A stretch of DNA of 64,000 nt from positions 67,656 to 131,655 of the forward strand of contig CALYBC010000025.1 of the NCBI GenBank assembly GCA_944393725.1, given 5' to 3'. Under the pieces are notes generated by a model. That model searched no databases. It was not told where the DNA came from and saw nothing but the letters and a program-made list of their open reading frames with translations. Position numbers and translations under genes: made by a program. Position 1 is the first letter of the stretch; each line of letters begins with the position of its first letter. The DNA is from an uncultured Alphaproteobacteria bacterium. GTDB lineage: Bacteria > Pseudomonadota > Alphaproteobacteria > RF32 > CAG-239. Of the stretch, positions 1 through 7,434 are shown one piece after another.

Positions 1-767
1 CTGGCGTACACTTCGGACACCACGCTCGTCGTTGGAATCCGAAAATGGCTCCGTACATTTACGGCAAAAAAGACGGCATTCACATAATTGATTTGCAAAA
101 GACTTATCCCATGCTCTACACTGCAATGGCTACAACCAGAGAAATAGCTGCACAGGGCGGAAAAGTATTGTTTGTTGCCACCAAAAAACAGGCACAAGAC
201 ATTATTAAAGAAAATGCCGAGCGTTGCGGTCAATACTATGTTAACCAACGTTGGTTGGGTGGTATGTTGACCAACTGGAAAACCGTTCACAAATCAATCA
301 CTCGTTTGGTTAAACTAAACGAAATGTTTGAAAAAGGTGATTTGACTGGCTACACCAAGAAAGAGTTGCAAGGCTTGAAAAAAGAACAAGAAAAGCTACA
401 ACTTGAACTTGGCGGTATTATGAATATGGGTGGTCAGCCCGACTTGGTATTTGTAATTGATACCTGCAAAGAAGCTTTGGCTATCAAAGAAGCTAAAAAG
501 CTCGGTATACCTGTAATCGGTATTTGCGATACCAATGCAGATCCAGAAGCAGTAGATTTGCCGGTTCCCGGTAACGATGATGCTATCCGTGCAATTCAAT
601 TCTATTCCGAAATGATTTCCGGAGCAGTTTTGGACGGTATGCAAGCAGCCATAGCTGCTCAAGGTGTTAAAGTTGAAGAAATGGTTGCCGAGAAGGCCGA
701 AGCAAAACCGGCTAAAAAAAGAACAACCAAAAAATCAGCCGAAAAAACCGAAGCCGTTGAAGAATAA
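1..767 (+). CDS. rpsB: 30S ribosomal protein S2 (5' end outside window)
   Basis: The frame is open from the window edge (from nt 3: GVHFGHHARRWNPKM...) and runs into ORF 45..767. S2-type sequence (LGGMLTNWKT, IPVIGICDTN). Followed by tsf, as in the conserved rpsB-tsf pair. Confidence 0.95.
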   Translation, partial: GVHFGHHARRWNPKMAPYIYGKKDGIHIIDLQKTYPMLYTAMATTREIAAQGGKVLFVATKKQAQDIIKENAERCGQYYVNQRWLGGMLTNWKTVHKSITRLVKLNEMFEKGDLTGYTKKELQGLKKEQEKLQLELGGIMNMGGQPDLVFVIDTCKEALAIKEAKKLGIPVIGICDTNADPEAVDLPVPGNDDAIRAIQFYSEMISGAVLDGMQAAIAAQGVKVEEMVAEKAEAKPAKKRTTKKSAEKTEAVEE

Positions 768-864
768 TATTCTTTAACGACAAGATAAGTGCCAGGCGGC
801 ATTAATCTACGGGTTAGTGCCGCCCGAACAGATAAGAGATAAGCAAGATTAGAGGAAATAAAAA

Positions 865-1791
865 ATGACAGAGATTACAGCTGCAAAAGTAAAAGAGTTA
901 AGAGAAGCAACCGGTGCCGGAATGTTAGATTGTAAAAAGGCCTTGGTTGAAGCAAACGGCAATATGGATGAAGCAGTAGACTGGTTGCGCAAAAAAGGTT
1001 TGGCTTCCGCCGCCAAAAAAGCCAGCCGTATCGCTGCCGAAGGTTTGGTTTCGGTTTATGTAGAAGGAAATAAAGGCGCCATTGTTGAAGTTAACTCTGA
1101 GACCGACTTTGTTGCCAAAAACGAATTATTCCAAGAATATGTAGCTGACGCCGCCAAAGTTGCCTTGATGTCTTCAGGCGAAGTTTGCGACATGAAAACC
1201 TTCCATTGCCCGAAATGCAACAAGACTTTTGAAGAAAGATTGACCGACTTGATTGCTAAAATTGGCGAAAATATGAATTTGCGTCGTGCCGCCATGTTAC
1301 AAGTAAACAATGGCGTCGTAGCTTCTTACTTGCATAACTCTTGCGGTAACAATCTTGGCAAGATAGGTGTCTTGGTTGCTCTTGAATCAACCGGCGACAA
1401 AGCAAAATTAGAAGAACTTGGCAAGCACATTGCCATGCACATAGCAGCTTCTGCTCCGTTGTTCAAAGATATAGCCTCAGTGGACGCCAAAGCCGTAGAG
1501 CACGAAAAATCAATCTTTGCCGAACAAGCTAAGGCATCAGGCAAACCCGAAAACATCATTGAAAAAATGGTTGAAGGCCGTGTTCGCAAATACTATGATG
1601 AAGTTGTCCTTGAAGAACAAGCTTACATCATGGATCCTGACAAAAAAGTTAAACAGGTTATTGCTGATGCCGCCAAAGAAATGGGTACCGACATCAAGTT
1701 GGTAGACTATGTCCGTTTCAAACTTGGCGAAGGTTTGCAGAAAAAAGAAGAAGATTTTGCTGCCGAAGTTGCTGCTCAACTTGGCAAATAA
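865..1791 (+). CDS. tsf: Elongation factor Ts
   Basis: 308-aa ORF with an N-terminal EF-Ts signature (ITAAKVKELREATGAGMLDCKKAL) and a GENMNLRR motif. RBS AGAGGAAA lies upstream. Position immediately after rpsB. Confidence 0.95.
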   Translation: MTEITAAKVKELREATGAGMLDCKKALVEANGNMDEAVDWLRKKGLASAAKKASRIAAEGLVSVYVEGNKGAIVEVNSETDFVAKNELFQEYVADAAKVALMSSGEVCDMKTFHCPKCNKTFEERLTDLIAKIGENMNLRRAAMLQVNNGVVASYLHNSCGNNLGKIGVLVALESTGDKAKLEELGKHIAMHIAASAPLFKDIASVDAKAVEHEKSIFAEQAKASGKPENIIEKMVEGRVRKYYDEVVLEEQAYIMDPDKKVKQVIADAAKEMGTDIKLVDYVRFKLGEGLQKKEEDFAAEVAAQLGK

Positions 1792-1821
1792 GCGAAATTC
1801 AGCAAGACGGTTAAAAAACAA

Positions 1822-1854
1822 CGGCTCTCGTCTAAAACGAGGGTCGTTTTTTTT
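1822..1854 (+). terminator. Rho-independent terminator after tsf
   Basis: 10-bp stem CGGCTCTCGT / ACGAGGGTCG (two G-U pairs), 5-nt loop, followed by T8. It begins 31 nt after the tsf stop. Confidence 0.75.
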
Positions 1855-1939
1855 AGTATACCCCTTGCAACTTTATATTGCTGTTTTATATATTATATAG
1901 TATAGCGAGAAAATTTAAAACAATTTGCAGGGGGACATC

Positions 1940-2443
1940 ATGAAAACAACCAAAACAGAATATAATTCAGATTTTAAGAACAACCGCGGTCGGCAGCTCG
2001 ACGGTTCGCCCAATCAAATAGACATTTACATCGGAAAGAGGTTGCTTTTACGACGCAAAGCTCTAAAGATGTCACAAAACGCCTTGGGCAAAAAAATGGG
2101 TATATCTTTTCAACAAGTCCAAAAGTATGAAAAAGGTCAAAACCGAATTTCTGCCAGCAGATTATATGATTTTGCATCACTTCTGGGCGTGGATACCAAT
2201 TACTTTTATCAAGATATGCCGCAAGAAATCAGCAATAAAAGCCCGCGTTTTATAGTAAGCAGCAATAAACACGACAATATATCTGCAGATTTTATAGCAA
2301 GCAACGACCCTCTTAAGAGTTCGCACATTCAAGAGTTGGTAAATAATTTTATTCGCTTACCCAACAATCATGTTGCCGACAGTCTTTTTGATTTGATTGC
2401 GACACTACGCAATAATCAATCACCCGCAAATAATAAAAAGTAA
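1940..2443 (+). CDS. XRE-family helix-turn-helix transcriptional regulator
   Basis: HTH_3-type segment LKMSQNALGKKMGISFQQVQKYEKGQNRISASRLYDFA. ATG 1940 is preceded by a GGGGGA RBS; the ORF track begins at an upstream TTG (1925). Confidence 0.8.
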   Translation: MKTTKTEYNSDFKNNRGRQLDGSPNQIDIYIGKRLLLRRKALKMSQNALGKKMGISFQQVQKYEKGQNRISASRLYDFASLLGVDTNYFYQDMPQEISNKSPRFIVSSNKHDNISADFIASNDPLKSSHIQELVNNFIRLPNNHVADSLFDLIATLRNNQSPANNKK

Positions 2444-2446
2444 TAA

Positions 2447-3253
2447 TTAAATTTTAATTTCGGTCATTACCGGGACATGGTCTGATGGCCGTTCAAGAGC
2501 TCTGAATTCTGTCAGAATTTTAGTTTTGATGATTCTGTCAGCCAAATTCGGAGTAACCCAAATGTGGTCAAGCCGTCGCCCTTTGTTGTTTGTTTGCCAG
2601 TTTGGGTTTCGATAACTCCACCACGAAAATATTTTTTGCGGCTCAGGATAGAATTTTCTAACTGCATCAACAAAGTCGAGCGAATTAAACATTCTGGTCA
2701 ATCTTTCAACTTCTATCGGTGTGTGTGAAACTATTTTAAGAAGTTGTTTATGATTCCAGACATCATTTTCGCTCGGGGCGACATTAAAATCACCGCACAA
2801 TAGCATTTTTTTGCCGACCAAAGAAGATTTATGTTGCTCATAAAACTCGCTTATATCATCCATAAAACAAAGTTTGTGGGCAAAAGACAAATTTACAATC
2901 GGGTCAGGGATATCACCGCCGGCCGGAATATAGATATTGTTTATTTCGATGTCATCAAAAACGGTTGCCTTTATATGTCTGGCATCATGTTTTCCGACCC
3001 AGTCGACTTTGGTAATGTCTTTAAGCTCAGGCTTTGCCAAAATAGCCACCCCGTTGTACCCCGGCATGCCGTAGAGTGCAATATTTCCAAACCCCAAAGA
3101 TTTTATTTCATTAAAAGGAAAATCTTCTTCTTTAGCCTTTACTTCTTGCAGGCAAATTATACCCGGTTGATATTTTTCAACCAAGGCATTTAATAAATCT
3201 AAACGGATTCGTATCGAATTAACATTCCATGTAACAAGGCTAGCTGTTTTCAT
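2447..3253 (-). CDS. xth: Exodeoxyribonuclease III (AP endonuclease, EEP fold)
   Basis: 268 aa with Xth/EEP motifs WNVNSIR, CLQEVK, GDFNVAP and SDHVPV. Confidence 0.9.
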   Translation of the reverse strand: MKTASLVTWNVNSIRIRLDLLNALVEKYQPGIICLQEVKAKEEDFPFNEIKSLGFGNIALYGMPGYNGVAILAKPELKDITKVDWVGKHDARHIKATVFDDIEINNIYIPAGGDIPDPIVNLSFAHKLCFMDDISEFYEQHKSSLVGKKMLLCGDFNVAPSENDVWNHKQLLKIVSHTPIEVERLTRMFNSLDFVDAVRKFYPEPQKIFSWWSYRNPNWQTNNKGRRLDHIWVTPNLADRIIKTKILTEFRALERPSDHVPVMTEIKI

Positions 3254-3255
3254 TT

Positions 3256-3867
3256 TTATTTTTTCTTTTTGAAGTTACGCGAAGAATTTTTGGGATTCTT
3301 AAATTTGAATACATCATCAGATATTTCAACATCTTTTTTTGCGTCATATAGAGAAACGGTAACCTCCACGCTTTGTGGGTCGACTATTTTCCACTGCTTA
3401 AGTTCAAAGGGAGAATTTGAAAAAATAAGCGAGATCGGACCGATATCTCCTTTATCGGCATAGTCCAATGTTATTAAGGTTGAACCGGAATCCTTGTAAA
3501 AATCAATAACTTTAAGCTTGTTACCGTCAATTTTTATTTTATTTGAAAGGATTAAAGAGGCTGGAATGTCATCGTAGTCAATATGAGTAACTTGCTCCAA
3601 ATCCAAATCATTATAAACAATAAAGTCACCATCACCGACAATCAATACATTGGTAGGCTCGGCATATTCCATGCGGATTTTATTGGGCTTTTTAATAAAT
3701 AATCTACCCTCTGCGGTAGCTCCGTTTGAAGCCATTTGCACAAAGGTTGCTTCCATACTTTTTATGTTATTAAGGTAGTTTTCGATTTTTTGTATATCGT
3801 CGGAGGTTTGGGCATTTGCCGCAGAAGCAAATAAACAAAACAGCAAGGTCAATAATTTTTTCATCAT
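3256..3867 (-). CDS. lolA: Outer-membrane lipoprotein carrier protein LolA
   Basis: Signal peptide MKKLLTLLFCLFASAANA, LolA-like core (ATFVQ..., LFIKKPNKIRMEY), about 200 aa. The start is ambiguous among three consecutive ATGs (3864-3870) behind a GGAG RBS; the ORF-track start is 3885. Confidence 0.8.
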   Translation of the reverse strand: MMKKLLTLLFCLFASAANAQTSDDIQKIENYLNNIKSMEATFVQMASNGATAEGRLFIKKPNKIRMEYAEPTNVLIVGDGDFIVYNDLDLEQVTHIDYDDIPASLILSNKIKIDGNKLKVIDFYKDSGSTLITLDYADKGDIGPISLIFSNSPFELKQWKIVDPQSVEVTVSLYDAKKDVEISDDVFKFKNPKNSSRNFKKKK

Positions 3868-3961
3868 CATCACTCCGCAAAACATATTATGCAGATTAAT
3901 ATAAGATTTTTCGCCTTAAAGTCCAGATAAACTTAAAGTTTTTAAAAAGATGGTGATTACA

Positions 3962-4885
3962 TCAACCGTTTCTAGGCTTGAAAACTCCATTTTCAAAGCC
4001 TTGAATTTGTGGATTTTCCTCAGCCAACTTGAGTCGTTTCAAAGTAAGAGCCACATATTCTTTTTCTTTTTCAATGGCAATAAATTTACGGTTTAGCTTT
4101 TTGGCCACCACGGCGGTGGTACCCGAGCCCACAAACGGATCAAAGACGACATCACCTTCATCGGAGGAGGCCAAAATAAGTTTAGCAATAAGTTTTTCGG
4201 GCTTTTGGGTTGGATGTTCGGTATTTTCGCTCATCGACCAAAAGGGCACCGAGATATCGGTCCAGATATTAGAGGGATGAGTAAACCTCATTTTTTCTGT
4301 TCCGTGAGAAAACCAATCTTTAGGGTTTCCTTCTTCGTTACGATAAGGAGCAATGACTTTTCTTAAGACTTTAACTTTATCTATATTAAATTTGTAATTT
4401 TTGCTTTTGGTAAAAAACCAAATGTCCTCGAGGCAGTTTTTCCAATTATTTTTTGCTCCGCGTCCTTTTTCGCGTTCCCAAGAAATACGGTTTTGCAAAA
4501 CAAAATATTTTCCGGCGACATAAGGCACGGCAATAGAAGTTTTCCAATCGGCACAAATATACAAAGAAGCATCATCTTTCAGGATTCTGGATATCTTTTT
4601 TAACCACTTATCCAACCAAGACGAATATTCATCATTTTTCATCTCACGAAAAATTGAGGCACCAAAATTTTTAGTCAGATTATAAGGCGGATCGGTAACC
4701 ACCAAATCCACACATTTGTCCGGTAACAAATCTATAGCCCTAAAGGCATCTTGCCAAATGACACGATTCTCTATATCCGCAAAAGACATTTGTTTTTTTA
4801 ACTTAACTGCACATTTAAGCAGAGCATCTGTTTCTTGAGGGGTTAAAGAAAGAGTTTTGTTTCTGGGCGCTTTAAGCTTTGGCAC
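3962..4885 (-). CDS. Orphan beta-class DNA methyltransferase (N6-adenine/N4-cytosine family, DPPY)
   Basis: Motif IV (VVTDPPYNL) precedes motif I (FDPFVGSGTTAVVA), and HPTQKPEKL lies between them, which is the beta-class order. The GTG start at 4885 directly abuts the HPr stop (TAA GTG), with GGAG 8 nt upstream. No endonuclease gene is adjacent. Confidence 0.85.
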   Translation of the reverse strand: MPKLKAPRNKTLSLTPQETDALLKCAVKLKKQMSFADIENRVIWQDAFRAIDLLPDKCVDLVVTDPPYNLTKNFGASIFREMKNDEYSSWLDKWLKKISRILKDDASLYICADWKTSIAVPYVAGKYFVLQNRISWEREKGRGAKNNWKNCLEDIWFFTKSKNYKFNIDKVKVLRKVIAPYRNEEGNPKDWFSHGTEKMRFTHPSNIWTDISVPFWSMSENTEHPTQKPEKLIAKLILASSDEGDVVFDPFVGSGTTAVVAKKLNRKFIAIEKEKEYVALTLKRLKLAEENPQIQGFENGVFKPRNG

Positions 4886-5161
4886 TTACTCTTCTCCAAA
4901 CTTGTTATTTAACAACTCCTCAATGGCACTCATAACCTCTGTTGCTTGTTTACCCGAGGTTGATACCTTAATTGTAGTTCCCTTAGAGGCCGCCAACATC
5001 ATCAATCCCATGATTGAAGTGCCGCTTACGCATTGCCCGATTCTTTCAACTTCGACGGTTGCGTCAAAAGGTTCTACGGTTTTAACAAAGGCTGCGGCGG
5101 CACGAGCATGCAACCCTTTAATATTTTTAATTTCCAAATCTTTAACTAATTTGTCACTCAT
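4886..5161 (-). CDS. ptsH: Phosphocarrier protein HPr/NPr
   Basis: Active-site His in GLHARAAAAFV and the Ser46 region GTSIMGLMML. 91 aa from ATG 5161; the longer ORF-track start (5227) would overlap the EIIA gene. Confidence 0.9.
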   Translation of the reverse strand: MSDKLVKDLEIKNIKGLHARAAAAFVKTVEPFDATVEVERIGQCVSGTSIMGLMMLAASKGTTIKVSTSGKQATEVMSAIEELLNNKFGEE

Positions 5162-5162
5162 C

Positions 5163-5561
5163 TTATTTACCCAATAATTGCGAAGCAATGTTAATATATT
5201 TTTTTCCGGCCTCTTGTGCACCTTCAACGGTTTTTTTCATATCGCAATCTTTGCGTAGCGAGGCAATTTTAATCAGCATCGGTAGATTAATTCCGGCCAA
5301 AATCTCAACATTAGCTCTGTCCATCATCGACAAAGCCAAATTAGAAGGAGTTCCGCCGAACATATCGGTAAGCAATACAACGCCTTGTCCGCTATCTACT
5401 TCTCCCACCTTTTGCAAGATTTCATTTCTTCGCATTTCCATATCATCTTCCGGACCGATGCAAACAGCACGCACTTGCTCTTGCGGGCCTACAACATGTT
5501 GCATGGCCGAAATAAATTCATTGGCCAGATTTCCGTGAGTAACCAAAACTAATCCAATCAT
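5163..5561 (-). CDS. PTS EIIA component, mannose family (regulatory PTS)
   Basis: 132 aa with the N-terminal phospho-His loop MIGLVLVTHGNLA typical of EIIA(Man). Paired with HPr, as in alphaproteobacterial regulatory PTS loci. Confidence 0.85.
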   Translation of the reverse strand: MIGLVLVTHGNLANEFISAMQHVVGPQEQVRAVCIGPEDDMEMRRNEILQKVGEVDSGQGVVLLTDMFGGTPSNLALSMMDRANVEILAGINLPMLIKIASLRKDCDMKKTVEGAQEAGKKYINIASQLLGK

Positions 5562-5610
5562 TTTATTGTCCTTTTCTTTCTGCCGAAAGGGCAGATGTGG
5601 GTATTAAGAG

Positions 5611-5626
5611 TGCAATATATTGCACA
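5611..5626. promoter_or_regulatory. Perfect 16-bp palindrome, candidate operator in a divergent promoter region
   Basis: GTGCAATATATTGCAC lies in the 121-bp spacer between the EIIA-HPr-MTase operon (-) and the ABC exporter gene (+). Confidence 0.35.
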
Positions 5627-5682
5627 AAAACTTTTACGATGGTATAACAATATCAACAAACTGTCAATTTTAGGTTAAAAAA

Positions 5683-7434
5683 ATGCAAAAAACTGCCGCA
5701 AAATTTATCTGGAGCTATCTCAAAGATTTTAAGTATATTTTACTGATGGTTTTGCTCACGGCAATATTATCACGCCTTGCCATACAATCCGGTGCATATG
5801 TTTTGGCGAGTGTTTTCAGTTTTGCTTCATCGGAGGTTTCCAACCCCCAATACTGGGAAACCTTGATAAAATTGCTGCTGTTTACGATTTCACTATCCCT
5901 GATAGGCTCTTGCGGTCAGGCCTTAAGCATGTGGATTGCTTCTAGATTGGTGCCGCACCTACGTTCGGTTGTTATTAAAGATGTTTTTTCTTATGTAAAC
6001 AAACACTCAATTTCATATTTTACCAATGAAATGGCCGGTAACATATCTAATAAATTTGGCCTACTGCAAAGCGGCATAGTTGACTTTTTTATGCAATCAG
6101 GGAATGTTCTGTTTGATTTTTGCTTTTTACTGGTCAACTTAGGAATACTAATTTGGATAAGCCCGATTTTGAGTATTGTTCTGGTTTTATGGTTGGTTGT
6201 AATGTTTTTTACCGGTCGTTATTTTGGTTGCCGCCGTGCCGCGTTATCAAAACAAACCTCAAGCCAGCAAAGCCGCTGCAGTGCGGTTGTTATTGATTCG
6301 ATAGCCAACTATTCCGAGATAAAAAGTTTTGCCAACTATAAGTATGAACGCACAAATTTGCTCAAAAATTTGCGGCAATGGCGCCAGGCCGAAAGTAAAG
6401 AACAAAAGCAAAAATGCCTAATGAACCTATATCTTTCATTGGTTGCCGATTCTTCGGTCGCCTTTTTTGTTTTTGTAAGTCTGGGTTTGCTATATTTTAA
6501 GAACATCGGAACGACTGATTTTATTTTTCTTTTGACGATATTCGGTCGGTTGAGCGGTGTTGTTTTTGCAGTAAACTGGGCTTTTAACAATATGTCGCGC
6601 CTTTTCGGACAAATAGATTCTGCGCTGGAAACTCTGGCTGTTGAACCCGAAATAGTGGATTCTGATGACGCAAAAGAGCTAAAAATTAAAACTGCTGCAA
6701 TAAAATTTAATAATGTCGGCTTCTTTTACTCTGACAAACAGGTAATATTTGATAACTTCAATCTCAGTATAAAGGCCGGAGAAAAAGTTGGTATCGTAGG
6801 TTCATCAGGAGCCGGTAAATCAACCTTGATAAAGCTTATTGACCGCTATTTTGATGTAAAATCCGGAAGTATAACCATCAATGATCACGATATCAGAGAC
6901 ATTACGCAAGATTCACTGCACAAGCATATTTCGGTTATTCCTCAGGATGTATGCTTGTTTAACCGCAGTTTGTCGGACAATATAAAATACGGCAACCCCA
7001 AAGCCGACGAGGCCGAAGTAATAAAAGCGGCAAAGCAGGCGTCTGCCGATAAATTCATTGAAAAATTTCCGGATAAATATCAAACCAAAGTCGGGGATAG
7101 AGGAGTTATTTTATCTGGGGGAGAACGACAAAGAATAGCTATTGCTCGAGCTTTGCTCAAAAATGCACCGATACTTATTTTTGACGAAGCAACCTCGTCA
7201 CTTGACAGTGAAAGCGAAAAATATATTCAGGAATCCTTAAAAATATTAATGAAAAACAAAACGGTAATAGCTATAGCCCACCGCCTTTCCACTCTGCGGG
7301 AAATGGATAGAATAATTGTTTTGGAAAATGGTAAGATTGTAGAACAGGGCTCGCACCTTAGCTTATTGCGTCAAAAAGGACGCTATGCACAGCTATTCAA
7401 ATTACAATCTGACGGGTATATTCAATCAAACTAG
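5683..7434 (+). CDS. ABC exporter, fused permease/ATPase (MsbA-like half transporter)
   Basis: The N-terminal half has multiple hydrophobic TM segments. The C-terminal NBD has Walker A GSSGAGKST, signature LSGGERQR and Walker B ILIFDEATS. Confidence 0.9.
   Translation: MQKTAAKFIWSYLKDFKYILLMVLLTAILSRLAIQSGAYVLASVFSFASSEVSNPQYWETLIKLLLFTISLSLIGSCGQALSMWIASRLVPHLRSVVIKDVFSYVNKHSISYFTNEMAGNISNKFGLLQSGIVDFFMQSGNVLFDFCFLLVNLGILIWISPILSIVLVLWLVVMFFTGRYFGCRRAALSKQTSSQQSRCSAVVIDSIANYSEIKSFANYKYERTNLLKNLRQWRQAESKEQKQKCLMNLYLSLVADSSVAFFVFVSLGLLYFKNIGTTDFIFLLTIFGRLSGVVFAVNWAFNNMSRLFGQIDSALETLAVEPEIVDSDDAKELKIKTAAIKFNNVGFFYSDKQVIFDNFNLSIKAGEKVGIVGSSGAGKSTLIKLIDRYFDVKSGSITINDHDIRDITQDSLHKHISVIPQDVCLFNRSLSDNIKYGNPKADEAEVIKAAKQASADKFIEKFPDKYQTKVGDRGVILSGGERQRIAIARALLKNAPILIFDEATSSLDSESEKYIQESLKILMKNKTVIAIAHRLSTLREMDRIIVLENGKIVEQGSHLSLLRQKGRYAQLFKLQSDGYIQSN

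Noticed and set aside
795-824. GGCGGCA...TGCCGCC hairpin in the rpsB-tsf spacer as a terminator.
   Set aside because: A 7-bp stem with a 16-nt loop and no following T tract. rpsB and tsf are normally co-transcribed. At most it is a partial attenuator or stability element.
3962-4885. The methyltransferase as half of a type II restriction-modification system.
   Set aside because: Both flanking genes are clearly lolA and ptsH. No unassigned ORF is available to encode an endonuclease.
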